64,000 nt of DNA from Octopus vulgaris (lineage: Eukaryota). The stretch spans positions 103,044,001 through 103,108,000 of the forward strand of contig OX597822.1 of the NCBI GenBank assembly GCA_951406725.2. The letters run 5' to 3'. Position 1 is the first letter of the stretch. Each line of letters opens with the position of its first letter. This document shows, in pieces, positions 1 through 12,122 of the stretch. The notes below the pieces were generated by a model. The model saw nothing but the letters and a program-made list of their open reading frames with translations, had not been told where the DNA came from and ran no database searches. Made by a program: the position numbers and the translations under genes.

Positions 1-263
1 TAAGTGACGGGGACATAAACACACTAGCATCGGTTATCAAGCAATGCTAGGGAGACAAACACAGACACACAAACACATATATATATATATATACATATAT
101 ACGACGGGCTTCTTCCAGTTTCCGTCTACCAAATCCACTCACAAGGCTTTGGTCGGCCTGAGGCTATAGCAGAAGACACTTGCTCAAGATGCCACGCAGT
201 GGGACTGAACCCGGAACCATGTGGTTGGTAAGCAAGCTACTTACCACACAGCCACTCCTGCAC
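1..263 (-). mobile_element. tRNA-headed SINE family A, truncated by window edge
   Basis: Reverse complement of the head ggagtggctgtgtggtaagtagcttgct...ggttcagtcccactgcgtggc seen many times in the window. Confidence 0.85.
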
Positions 264-315
264 CTGTCAGTTATTCTGATAATGATGGTAATAATATTTG
301 TTTTATATTTCTCAG

Positions 316-500
316 GTGTTAACATTACTCGATATGCTGAAAGTCGGTCTCAAGAAATTGCAAGTTTGAACCTTCATGTCCAGACTAAAACAGTGAACAA
401 AATGGTTCTGGAGACTCTACCCAAACACATGAACAGACGAGCCATGAGTCATGACATCAGACGTTGGCCACGGCGTCTTCGGCAGTTGGTCAAAAAGCAG
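316..500 (+). CDS. POP1: POP1 (RNase P/MRP protein subunit), first coding exon visible in window; upstream exon(s) lie outside
   Basis: tttctcag acceptor, cag|gtttgt donor; translates GVNITRYAESRSQEIASL...LETLPKHMNRRAMSHDIRRWPRRLRQ, matching the POP1 N-terminal 'LPxHMRRRAMSH' motif; phase 1 in, phase 0 out. Confidence 0.92.
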
Positions 501-589
501 GTTTGTGTTTTCCATATTTTTATAGTGTTATGGTTGTTATTATGTTGTCTATGGTCAGTGCCAAGCTTACAGACCTATTATAATCAATG

Positions 590-872
590 TGGCCGAAGCC
601 AGTGCTGCCTCGACTGGCTTCTGTGCCGGTGGCACGTAAAATGCACCAATCCAACCGTGGCCGTTGCCAGCCTTGCCTGGTACCTGTGCAGGTGGCACGT
701 AAAAAGCACCCACTACACTCACGGAGTGGTTGGCGTTAGGAAGGGCATCCAGCTGTAGAAACACTGCCAGATCAGACTGGAGCCTGGTGCAGCCTTCTGG
801 CTTCCCAGATCCCCGGTCGAACCGTCCAACCCATGCTAGCATGGAGAATGGACGTTAAACGATGATGATGAT
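590..872 (+). mobile_element. 3'-UTR-only copy of the RTE LINE ending in (GAT)n; further copies ~1470-1808(+), 4575-4848(+), 5769-6095(-), 6890-7315(+), 14685-14960(-), 24420-24883(+), 50464-50762(-), 50870-51190(+), 52085-52310(+), 57640-57780(-)
   Basis: Same terminal sequence as the LINE 3' UTR at ~22850-23097 (ggcacgtaaaaagcacccactacactc...ggaagggcatccag...aacccatgctagcatggaaagcggac.ttaaacgatgatg). Confidence 0.88.
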
Positions 873-1107
873 GTTATTACCTCTCTGACCATTCTGTAGT
901 CTTCCAGTGGGTTTGGTCATGGGCCTGGAACTTTGTTGGTGAAGTGCTCTCAAAGGTTTTAGTTAATTAAACCAACCCTAACACTTATTTCAGCATGGTA
1001 TGTATTTTATTGATCCCTATATACTGAATGGCTAAGTTACATTATTTTAAACAATGGGACATAACTTGATGCACCAATTTATACTGGTTTTTACAAACAT
1101 TCATATA

Positions 1108-1325
1108 CGAAGGGATGCTGAAAAGCTCCTGGTGTTAAGGGTACTATGAAAGGCCTGGCTGGAGGTCTAACCTTCCAAGTTCTTTTATAGGGCTTTAAAA
1201 AACTGAAGGAAAGCTGCAATAAGTGTGTGAATCTGAGAGGAGAATATGTTGAATAAAATCCTAATTAACTGATCCTCCTTTATTTTCTTTTACCCAAAGC
1301 CAGGAACTTTTCAGCACTCCCTCGT
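1108..1325. mobile_element. mariner-type MITE; second copy ~3508-3725
   Basis: TA-flanked TIRs ta|cgaagggatgctgaaaagctcctgg ... ccaggaacttttcagcactccctcg|ta. Confidence 0.75.
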
Positions 1326-2611
1326 ATGAGGTATCTGACAGCTCACTGTAACTAAAATATGATGCCTGCTATCATGGAGGTTCTCTTTGCCATAGTAATT
1401 TGTTTCTGTCCAGTTGATGGTGGTTTATGAAGCCTACTCTGACACAGAAAAATGACTTTAAGATAGGTTTGTCGCCTTACTGGCACTTGTGCTGGTGGCA
1501 CGTGAAAAAAATTTTGAGCGAGGTCGTTGCCAGTGTCGCTGGACTGGCTTCTGTGCAGGTGGCACATAAGAAGCACCATTTGAGCATGGCTGTTGCTAGT
1601 ACCGCTTGACTGGCCCTCGTGCCGGTGGTACGTAAAAGCACCCACTACACTCTCGAAGTGGTTGGTGTTAAGAAGGGCATCCAGCTGTAGAAACTCTGCC
1701 AGATCAGATTGGAGCCTGGTGCAGCCATCTGGTTCACCAGTCCTCAGTCAAATCGTCCAACCCATGCCAGCATGGAAAGCGGACGTTAAACGATGATGAT
1801 GATGATGATCTGGCAGCTTGTTGCAACCTAAATTTGATGCCTACTGCCCTGGAAATTCTCCTTTCCATAGAAACTTGTTTCTGTCTTGCTGACAGTGTAA
1901 GGTGGGCTGACTCAAAAACATAATCTGACACAATATCTTCAAGCGTGAGGGAGGTGGTTGTTTTCAGTTGTTTTCAGTTTTCATCAGCTTTGATAAAAGC
2001 GGATCAGGACTTGGCAGGTTCAGAGAAGTTACTCTTCTTGGGAATGGGACATATTTCATGTTTGCATTGCTAAAAATATTTCTTATTTCTTTATTGCCCT
2101 GGGGCTAAACATAGAGGGGACAAACAAGGACAGACAAAGGGGTTAAGTTGATTACATCGACCCCAGTGCGTAACTGGTACTTAATTTATCGACTCCGAAA
2201 GGATGAAAGATAAAGTCGACCTCAGCAGAATTTGAACTCAGAACGTAACGGCAGACGAAATATGCTAAGCATTTCGCCCGGCGTGCTAACGTTTCTGACA
2301 GCTCACTACCTTAATAGTTCTACCAACAGTAAGTCTTGCTGTTCAACATATTTAGTCATATCATATGGATCAATACTAATGCAGGCATCTTCAGCATTGT
2401 GGAATCATTGTACTCCTAAAAATCTTGCTATAACATGTTATTCTGTAAAGTGAAAGCTATTCTCCATTGAATGCATGTTTCTTGAAAGTCAGCAAAAGCA
2501 TAAGTCATTGGAAATTATGTTATGAAACGCCACCATACAATAAGATTTTCATGAACAGAATGCTTCTGTTAAGCAAAGGATGCCTATGTAATACTTTAAT
2601 AGGATTAAGAA

Positions 2612-2969
2612 TCTCTCTCTATATAAATGGCAAAATGTCTGTGTGTGTGTATGTCCTTTATACAAATCCACAATTTTTCAGTTAGAGGGCTTGCACTTTC
2701 TATGGTCATTTAAAACCGTCGTGCACATCTTTACATTTCCCCAGTCACACCGCAAAGCCAGTAAAAAAATCAATAGAAGTGACATTTTTGTGAATTTTCT
2801 ATCCAAAACCCAATCAAAATGCCCGAAACTTGATACGCCAATTGAATGCCAGCTAGCTGTATGTGATTGGTCGGAGATTTGGACAGTACTCGCGTGTATG
2901 TGTGCACGCACGCAGCTGTATATGCATGCACTAGCACTATGACCTGGCGTTGTCGGGTCATAGCGCTAG
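2612..2969 (+). mobile_element. non-autonomous Helitron; 5' fragment of same family at ~31109-31340
   Basis: a|TCtctctctatataaa 5' end, subterminal hairpin ctatgacctggc..gtcgggtcatag, CTAG|t 3' end, no TSD. Confidence 0.8.
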
Positions 2970-3200
2970 TGTTATATGTAATAGATTTATTAATCTAGTT
3001 TTCTAAATCAATTGTTTATAAGCGAAGGTAAGGTTGAATGGCTAAGTACCAACCATGTGGTTTTGTGCTCACTCAGTCCCACCCAGTGGGACTGAGTGAT
3101 GCCTCGGACAAGTGTCTTCTATAATTCCAGGTTGACCAAAGACATGTGAATGGATTTGGCAGACAGAAACTGATAGAAGCTGGTTGTGTATGTATATATT

Positions 3201-3365
3201 AAAATAAATATAAGAGAGTGGTCACTATATGGCTCACTCAAGCACTAGTAAATCCAAAAGGTTTCAACCACAAAAATACATGTTTCCCATGAAAGTCAGT
3301 ACGATTGTTAGCTAACAATCGTGCTTGAGTGAGCCATATAGTGACCACTCTCTTATATTTATTTT
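3201..3365. repeat. fold-back element (45-bp arms), probably a Penelope-like terminal-repeat relic
   Basis: 3201-3245 is the reverse complement of 3321-3365; minus strand of the spacer reads CTGAC...GAAACATGTA (broken hammerhead core). Confidence 0.65.
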
Positions 3366-3851
3366 TGTATAAAATATTATAATATATTATAAAATATAAT
3401 AATCCAGGTTTCTTGGGGCACTGGGCCACTTGGTGTTGAATAGATATACTATTAAATTAGTATCTAATTCTCTCACCCTTATTAATTAATTATGTATATA
3501 TTATATACGAGAGGGGTACTGAAAAATTCCTGGCTTTAAGGGTATCACAAAAGGCTTGCTTGGAGGCCCAATCTTCCAAATGTTTTTACAGGGCTTAAAA
3601 AAAACTGTAGGACCACTGCAATAAATGTGTGAATACGAGAGAGGAATATGTTGAATAAAATCATAATTAACTGATCTTCCTGTATTTTCTTTTACTCAAA
3701 GACAGGAAATCTTCAACACCCAGTCATATATACACCCCTCACTTAAAAATTACTGTTTTTTGTTTGCCTAAAATACAATATGATTAAGTATGTTATATAT
3801 ATATAATAGATTTATTAATCCAGTTTTCTATGCTGATTGTTTTCATCTTAG

Positions 3852-4094
3852 TACGAGAACCAGGTGAATAAACGCCTACGTCGACCACCATCGAGAAAGC
3901 ATCGCAGACGACCAAATAATCTGCTAGCTGAATACACTCGCCGCAAAAGGAAACAAGTTTGGCTCGAAACTCACATTTGGCATGCTAAGCGTTTTCACAT
4001 GACTAAAAAGTGGGGATACCATTTAGCTAAGGAACCCACTTCCAAATCTACTCGAAGGACCTACACTTCTATTACGAAATATTGCTTATTACAG
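3852..4094 (+). CDS. POP1: POP1 coding exon (W-box region)
   Basis: tcttag acceptor, cag|gttggt donor; [21 protein letters not shown]...[20 protein letters not shown]...CLLQ contains the hallmark POP1 [12 protein letters not shown] motif; phase 0/0. Confidence 0.96.
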
Positions 4095-4351
4095 GTTGGT
4101 ACATCGTTTGGTAAACATTTGAACCTTATAAACAAGAGTGAATTTTGCACCAAAAGCTAATATGAGGGTTTCTCATGGTAACTACTTCAGTATAGTTTGT
4201 TCTAACTGAACATCCACGTTTAAGTGAGGATAAATATCAGCTCTAGATGGTTTATTGGTAGCATGATGACAATGATGATCATTAACACTATTTTACCATC
4301 AACAACTGACACAGGCATAGCTTTGTGAATGAGAAGTTTGTTTCTCTACTA

Positions 4352-5108
4352 CTGTAAATCTTCGAGTATAATCCACATTTTTTCCCCAAAATTTAAAGGT
4401 CGAAATCCCTAGTGCGTACTATATACGAGGTTAAAAATGAAAAATATTTTCTAAGCAATGTCCAAGTCTCTATTTGCTGTCTGGCAATGTTTATTCAGAC
4501 GCATTTTGTGATGTCGGGCGTGAAAATACCTTAAGCTAAGCCTGAAAGCAATGAAGTCATAAAAGAATCATCCGCCTCACCTGGCCCCTGTGCCAGTGGC
4601 ACGTAAAAGCACCATCCGTTCGTGGCCGTTTGCCAGCCTTGCCTGGCACCTGTGCGGTTGGCATGTAAAAGGCATCCACTACACTCACGGAGTGGTTGGC
4701 GTTAGGAAGGGCATCCAGCCGTAGAAACACTGCCAGATCAGACTGGGCCTGATGAAGCCTTCTGGCTTCACAGACCCCAGTTGAACCGTCCAACCCATGC
4801 TAGCATGGAAAGCGGATGCTAAATGATAATGATGATGATGATGATGATGTTATTACTGTTATTTCTTTATTTTCTGCAAACAAAATGCACAAAAAAGCTA
4901 CACATTTGCATTATGTTATATATACAATAATAATAAAGGATGTTACTGTATACATTTTTACAAACCAAGGGCGTTATATAGACCTCCTTGACTCAAGTTA
5001 GAGAAGGGGCGTGTATTATACACAAGGTTTAGGTTTTTCAGAGGTACAGCCCCCTAAAAAACCCCTGCGTATTATACTCAAGGGTGGACTATACTTGAGG
5101 ATTTGCGG
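4352..5108. mobile_element. pogo/Tigger-like TIR element with a nested RTE 3' tail, inserted in a SINE head
   Basis: ta|ctgtaaatcttcgagtataatcc ... ggactatacttgaggatttgcgg|ta TIRs with TA duplication. Confidence 0.72.
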
Positions 5109-5608
5109 TACATGGTTTTGGGTTCAGTCCCATTGCATGGCTTCTGGGCAAGTGTCTTCTACTATATTCCCAGCCTACTTAAAGCCAATAGTTGCAGGTA
5201 TAGCTTTGCGGTTAAGAAATTTGCTTTCTAACCACATAAGTTCGTGTTCAGTCTTGTGTGGTACCTTGGGCAAGTGTCTTCTACCATAGCACAAAGCTAA
5301 TAGGTTGAGGCATTGCTTTGTGGCTAAGGAGGCTGCTTCCCAACCACATAGCTTTGAGTTCAGTCCCACTGTGTGGCACCTTGGGCAAGTGTCTTCTACT
5401 CTTGCTTGCAGCTGACTCAAACCTTGTAAGTAAACTTCAGATTATTTATGACTTGTTTTTGCATAGTTTATCCTTTACTAAATGTATAAATTCCCTTGTT
5501 TACTCTTTCAATATATTGTTTTTTGACTCTGTTAACAACTACATTTATTCAGACTAGTAGTGGTGGATATATTAATATTTTTCTGCTTTTTTCCCCCTCA
5601 TATTTTAG

Positions 5609-5696
5609 GATGTGTCTTTTCTTTGTTGCATTGAAGTGAGTGGTCTTCAAAGTGAGATTACACTTGGGTTTTCTCATCTTTCTTCTCCTGCAACAG
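5609..5696 (+). CDS. POP1: POP1 coding exon (88 nt, absent from ORF track)
   Basis: ttttag acceptor, ag|gtaagt donor; DVSFLCCIEVSGLQSEITLGFSHLSSPAT resembles the DxSxxxCxExxG segment after LLQ in POP1; phase 0 in, 1 out, fits both neighbours. Confidence 0.9.
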
Positions 5697-6436
5697 GTAA
5701 GTTTGGTAACATTTTTAGGAGCAGTTATTAATTTGAGATTATCTGGCTTTTAAACTTTGCATTATGCACATCATCATCATCATCATCATTGTTTCACGTC
5801 TCCGTTTTCCATGCTGGCATGGGTTGAACGGTTTTGACTGAAGTCTGGTGAGCCAGCAGCTGCACCAGGCTTCAATCTGACCTGGCAATGTTTCTGCAGC
5901 TGGATGCCCTTTCTAATGCCAACCACTCCAAGAATGTAGTGGGTGCTTTCTATGTGCCACTGGCACAAGTGCCAGTCAGGAGGTATTGGCATCGGTCACG
6001 TTCAGATGGTGCTTAATATGTGCCACCAGCATGGGGACCAGTCAGGCGGTCCTGGCATCGATCACGTTTGGATAGTGCTTTTTATGTGCCATCAATTTTA
6101 GAATTCTATTTAGTAAACAAAACAGTATCTCCTCCTCCCCTCCCCCTCCTCCTCGACGGGTTAGAATTTTTTGAAACAGATCTTTGACAGTCAGATACCT
6201 TTCCTGTTGTCAACCCTCAACTGTTTCCAAGCAAAATATTATTTCCTCATGATCTGTGCATGTTTTCACAGAAGACTGAAACAAACAACACTGCTTGTAT
6301 CATGCCATTTTCAAGATGAGGCATTTACACACACACACACATATATGCACATACCATATGATTCTTTCACTTTATGTATGATTGAGGGGAGAAAAATGGA
6401 AAAAAATTTATTAATTTCAGGAGGCTTTTAAATTAG

Positions 6437-6885
6437 ATCATCATCATTGTCATTTAGCATCCATTTTCGATGCTGGCATGGGTCAGACAGTTCAACTGGA
6501 ACTGGTAAACCTGAAAGCTGCACCTTTCTCTACTCATCTGTTTTAACTTGGCTTCTACAGCTGGATGCCTTTCCTAATGCCAACCACTCCATAGACAGTA
6601 ACAGGTACCTTTTACTGGCATGGTTGCTTTTTATGTATCCCTGGCACTGGCTATAATTTCACTTAGTTTGACATGTCATCTCAAGTACAGCAAATTACCG
6701 AAAGTCTTGGTCACTTGTCACCACTTCTGTGAGACCCAGCATCCAAAGATCATATTTCACCACCTCATCCCGCATCTTCCTGGGTCTGCCTCTTCCACAG
6801 GTTTCCTCCACAGAGATTGGCATTTCTTTATACAGCTGTAAATATCAGTTCATGCATAATGAGGAGACCTTTTGAGTCAAGGACA
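6437..6885 (-). mobile_element. older degraded RTE LINE 3' end
   Basis: Minus strand resembles 22430-22570 (acctgtggaagaggcagacccaggaag...gaggtggtgaa) and runs into a (GAT)n tail. Confidence 0.7.
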
Positions 6886-7388
6886 TAAACATCGAAATAA
6901 ATATCAAATGGAAATAGTAGTTGTGATACCTGTGCCGGTGGCACATAAAAAGCACCATCAGAATGTGGCCGATGCCAGTGCCGCCTTGACTGGCTTCTGT
7001 GCCAGTGGCATGTAAAAAGCACCATCAGAACGTGGCCGATGCCAGCGCCGCCTTGACTGGCTTCTGTGCTGGTGGCACATAAAAAGCATCAACCGATTGT
7101 GGCCGCTGCCAGCCTCCCCTGGCACCTATGCCGGTGGCATGTAAAAACCACCCACTACACTCATGGAGTGGTTAGAGTTAGGAAGGGCATCCAGCTGTAG
7201 AAACACTGCCAGATCAGACTGGAGCCTGGTGCAGCCTCCTGGCTTCCCAGACCCCGGTCGAACCATCCAACCGTGCTAGCACGGAAAACGGACGTTAAAT
7301 GATGATGATGATGATATTTCCTAAATAAGTTTAGTCTAATTTATGCCAATATATTTATTGGTTTTATCATTCATATTTCTCTTTACAG

Positions 7389-8156
7389 GTCCTGGTATTG
7401 GTGCTAAATGTTATTTGAATGGAAGCCGAGAAGGCAGTATTGTTTTATACAAGTATGACCAATACCCGTTTGATGCTGTTGGTTTGGTAACATTCTTCTG
7501 GAAGCCTGTTTCTACAGAAGACAGCATCTCAAGCCAAGAACCTTGTGATACTGCAGAGTCTGAGAATATTCGATATCTCTGGCTGTGGTGCCATCCGTCT
7601 TGTTATAACTTACTTTGGCAGGAACTCGTAAAGGTATTCCAAAATGTTATTTCTACCCCAGAAGATAAGGTCTTTGAAACTGTTACTGATAAAACATCAG
7701 ATACACCAAATATTAAAACATCAAGCAAACCTCATCGAACCACTCAGACACTGAATGCTGCAAGCACCAAAGAGAAAGTCTCTTCTAAACTTTCAAATGG
7801 TTATTCATCTGGATCAGCTGCCAAAGCCGGTCAAGTCTTCTTGAAATCTTTGAAAGACAAATTAGTACGGTTTCGTTTAACTGGACCATTGACGTTGAAA
7901 GTTTTAGGCAATGCTATTAATGTGAGTTCAATTAATAAAACATCAAGTGATTCACCAGAGAGTCCTTGGTGGCACTCTTATTTCAGTTCTGAAGATTGTT
8001 TGATGTCACATGAAACCAAAGGGAAACTTTGGCAGAGACTAGGTGAAGCTTATGTTCCCACAGAATTGCCCCAGCACTGGATACTGGGTTTGACAGTTCT
8101 GGACCCAAGATTCCGGTTACCAAGCAAGAAACAACGGGCAGAACCCAGTTTAGAAG
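7389..8156 (+). CDS. POP1: POP1 coding exon
   Basis: ttacag acceptor, ag|gtaggt donor; CYLNGSREGSIVLY..YP...GLVTFFWK, LWLWCHPS, RFRLTGPL and LTVLDPR motifs typical of POP1; phase 1/1. Confidence 0.93.
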
Positions 8157-8624
8157 GTAGGTATTAAAGATTATTAAATTTGCAAAAAAATGAGTTTTGC
8201 ACCTACTTTTCATTTCAGAACATAGTAATGTTGTTCTGGAGGTAGATGATAGAAAATAGATTTTCATCATCATCATTGTTGTAACATCCAATTTTTCATG
8301 CAGAATTCAGTGAGCTAGATTTTCGATGGCTGGATGCCTTTCCTGTTCCCAAACCTCAATAGTTTTGAAGCAAAGTAATATTTCCCCATGATCAGACATG
8401 TTTTCATGGAAGATTGGAAATGACATCACTTGTGTAATGCTTGTATAAGATTGTATACCAAGATGAGGAAGCACACGCATGCAAGTGTGTGATGGGCTTC
8501 TTTCAGTCCCCTTCTACCAAATTCACTCACAAAGCTTTGTTAGGCTTGTGATTATAGTTGAGGACACTGGTTTTACATGGCAGGTTGAACCTTAGACCAC
8601 ATGATTGGTAAGGAAGCTCCTTAA

Positions 8625-8940
8625 GTGGAGGCACATGGCCTAGTGGTTAGAGCAGCGGACTCGCGGTCGAGGGATCGTGGGTTTGAATCTAAGACCGGAT
8701 GATGTGTGTGTTTATGGGTGAAACACCTAGCTCCACGCGGCTCCGACAGATGGTAATGGTGAACTTCTGCTGACTCTTTCGCCACAACTTTCTCTCACTC
8801 TTTCCTCCTGCATCTTGCAGCTCACCTGTGATGGACTGGCGTCCCGTCCATGTAGGGAACCTATACACCAAGAAACCGGGAAACCGGCCCTTATGAGCCA
8901 GGCATGGCTCGAGAAGGAACAAACAACAACAAAAACAAAA
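8625..8940 (+). mobile_element. tRNA-Arg-like SINE family B; related copies ~47257-47450(+), 49548-49815(+), 56020-56295(-)
   Basis: Head ggaggcacatggcctagtggttagagcagcggactcgcggtcg...gggtttgaatc with A/B boxes, (CAA)n tail, 11-bp TSD aagctccttaa at 8614-8624 and 8941-8951. Confidence 0.85.
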
Positions 8941-8951
8941 AAGCTCCTTAA

Positions 8952-9978
8952 CTCTTTCGTTACTATATTTCTGACCAAAATACACCCCTCATGAGTTTCA
9001 ATTAAATTCTAATATAATTATGAATCTAGGCTTGTTTCATTAAATAACTGTAACTTTTTTACTTATCAACATATTAATGTGATATTTGGAACATAATTAA
9101 AGAAAGGGTTCTTAATCAATTCTATTGCATAACTTTTGTCTCAAAGTGACTTTAATTACAGGTAAATCCAGGTAAATTGAGCAAAAGGTAAAAATATTAA
9201 AATTTTGTTTAAACATCACCATAGAAAATGAATCATCAGCTAATATTCAAATGGGTATGCAACAAAATTTTGTGCACATCACTATATCATCAGTTGAATT
9301 TAATGCACAACAGGTGTACCATAAAGGTGGAATAAACTGAAATATTGGAATCCACCGTAAGTTTGACCGAACTAAAGAAATCGGTCAAAAAATAATATAC
9401 GGCCCTGGTTATGGTATGGAAGTGATAAATTCCAGACCACATCGTTCCCTAGGCCATGCTGACTAACATTATTTTCCCTGTATAAAAACTAAATCCACGC
9501 AGTACCCAGTATTTGCTTCACAAATTTTCCGAAATTTGATCCCCCATTTTGTGTTTTGTTTACAATCTGCGTAAGTTTGTTTCCGCATTGATCGCTTCAA
9601 ACAATAACTTCCAGACCACATCATACCCTAAGCCATGCTGACTAACATTAGTTTCCCTGTATAAAAACTAAATCCACAACAGTACCCAGTATTTGTTTCA
9701 TAAATTTTCCAATTCGGAATCAATGCTTGATAACATGAAACTCCTATCTATTTTCAAAGTTGAAGAAAAATCGATGCCGAAAAAAATGTGGAAAAAAATC
9801 TCCCAAAATTCAGGGAATTAAAATTACACGTCGATCGTTGTACAAAACTGTAGATGAACTGTTTACGAAGCATAATCACGTGTTTTCACGAATGTACTAA
9901 AGAGATTTGCTCTGATATTCTCATTTAAATATGAATAGGTAAATTCGGGCGGGTTTGGGCGGTTTGGTAACGAAAGGG
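8952..9978. mobile_element. TTAA-specific (piggyBac-like) non-autonomous element; shorter relative at 30883-31104
   Basis: ttaa|ctctttcgttac ... gtaacgaaaggg|ttaa; internal ~110-bp direct duplication (~9425-9535 and ~9605-9712). Confidence 0.75.
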
Positions 9979-10081
9979 TTAAACACTCAGCCATGCCTGT
10001 GCCTATAAAGCTTAGTTATTTACACAATTGACCATTTTCCTCTTTGTCTTGCCATTAAAATTTTTTTTTTCAATATTACAG

Positions 10082-10225
10082 CACATGAAGTCGACCAATC
10101 TATAGAAGCATCACCAGAGTTGTCTACATCTCCTCTTTGGGATGAAGCTATCAGAACTGAGGTTAAAAAGACCAAACTTTCAGAGCAGGAATTCAACAAG
10201 ATGATCTCAGAAAGTGTCGTTCCAG
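10082..10225 (+). CDS. POP1: POP1 coding exon
   Basis: ttacag acceptor, cag|gtaac donor; (A)HEVDQSIEASPELSTSPLWDEAIRTEVKKTKLSEQEFNKMISESVVPG fits the POP1 'S.LWD..IR......N..R...VPG' region; phase 1/1. Confidence 0.88.
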
Positions 10226-10435
10226 GTAACACTTTCTATTTAAAATTCATCATCATCATCATCGTCGTCATTATACTATCATTATTTATCATCCATTTTC
10301 CATTCTAGCGTAGGTTGGATGGTTCCACAGAAACCAACAAGACAGAGAACTGTGTTGAGCTCCAATGGCTGCTTTGGCATAGTTCCCAACTATAGCATTA
10401 CATATCACTATGGATATTATTGGTTTTGTTATAAA

Positions 10436-11575
10436 CTAACAGAGAAACCCAGCCTTGCTTGGGAATAAAATAGCATAATTTTTTTTTATTGTTTTACTTG
10501 TTTTGATATTATGACCCAATTTTATTTGGGTCTACTCTGGCCACATTTTACAGATGACGAATTAAAAAAAAAAATACGTAAATTTTATTGAAAATTGGAT
10601 ATGATAAAAGCATGCTAAATGTTTAAACAGTCTTTGAGAAGCGATTGGATAAACCTTGTGGATGCAGATGTGATGGGCAAAGAATGCTGGAAAAAAAACA
10701 AAAACACCAATCCGGTCTCTGCACAAAACTGAAATAATATAATATGACTGCACTTACAATGTTTTGGATACAATATGTAGTCACACCCAACCTTTTATGA
10801 AATCAGTGTCACGATGTGAACCCATGAGTTGGGAGTTTGACTGGCAGAAGTGGTTGGGTTGCAGAGGTGGCCAGCGACACGAAGAAGGTGGATGCAGTTG
10901 GGCTAAGAAATTGAGAAAGTTACAGTGACTCCAGCGATAGGATAGTAATAGCAGTAGGTTCAAAAGTGTTATTGCAGGGCTTCTTTGTAGACAACGTTTC
11001 TGGTGTTGCCCGGATTACCACAAATGAAGAGATTGTGTGGACTGCGGACATGAGAGCATCTGATGCATAGTTGACCATGGGTAAATACCTGCTGTGTCAG
11101 ATTTAGGCCAACTACTTGTAACAACTATCCCTGTGGTGGTAGGCGATAATAATTTGCCATTCTAAAAGACCTGTGGCAGGAATATTTAAACTTTTGTGGC
11201 TGTCAGCGCTTTCTCTCTATAGATACAGAGAGAGAGAGAGGCAGTAAAGACTGAGAGGGAAAGAGAGTGGAAGCTGCCAAACGTTGTTATAGAGAGAAAG
11301 TAGAGGGAAGGGAGGAAAGAGAGAGATCGAGGAAGACAAGATGATATCCGAGAGAGAGAAATGGCAAACACTTGTCAAAGTCTGGGTTTTGTTGCCCTAG
11401 TAACCACAGCTTTCGAGATGGAGATTTCTAACCTAGTCCAGTCGCTTCCTCGCCTCATTTTACACGTCCCCAGTAAATTTTGGAGCCAATCTGACCCCAT
11501 CTACTGCTCCTTAAACTGTTCCCATACCAAAATGAGACAAACAAATTTTTTGCATTTCAGCTTTATATATAGAGA
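10436..11575 (-). mobile_element. non-autonomous Helitron
   Basis: Minus strand starts a|TCtctatatataaagctgaaa and ends cccaagcaaggctgggtttctctgTTAG|t (hairpin plus degenerate CTAG). Confidence 0.65.
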
Positions 11576-12122
11576 TTAGGTGTGCTATTGGTTCCTTTCT
11601 CAGTTCATTTTATTTATGACTGTGGTTTGGGCTTAGTTGCCTCCCTTACTCTAGCTTTTGTCGGTTCACTATTGTTTTTCACTACTACTGTTAGCTAAAT
11701 AGTATCCTACTAGAATCATTCATATTTATATTCTACCATATCCACATAGTTATTATTATAACCAGTCATCTTAGTTCTATTATTTGTGCTTATTAGGTTC
11801 CTACTAGTGAATTCTATAATTCTCTTAAAATTGTGTCAAAGGATGCTAGGACACTTATCCAGCATAAACGTGTTGGATTGGAATTTAAGGAGAATAATGT
11901 TTCAATAAATAAATTTTTGGAGATGTATAATCGTCCATTCTCCTTTATGATGTCTTGATTATATTCTCTGTATGCCATATGAAATCCAATCAGCTGAATT
12001 CAGGATTTATTTATCAAGTAAAGTACTGTTCAATTATTTATCTTAAACAATTCTGTATGTTCTCTATTATTTGATGTGGTTAGTCAGATCTGGATTATAT
12101 CAGAGTGCTAATAAGGTATATA

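Noticed and set aside
180-758. 192-aa ORF as a gene
   Set aside because: Chimera of antisense SINE, the POP1 exon 316-500, intron and an RTE tail
8625-8700. Functional tRNA-Arg gene
   Set aside because: tRNA-like head continues into a SINE body and tail with a TSD; acceptor stem incomplete
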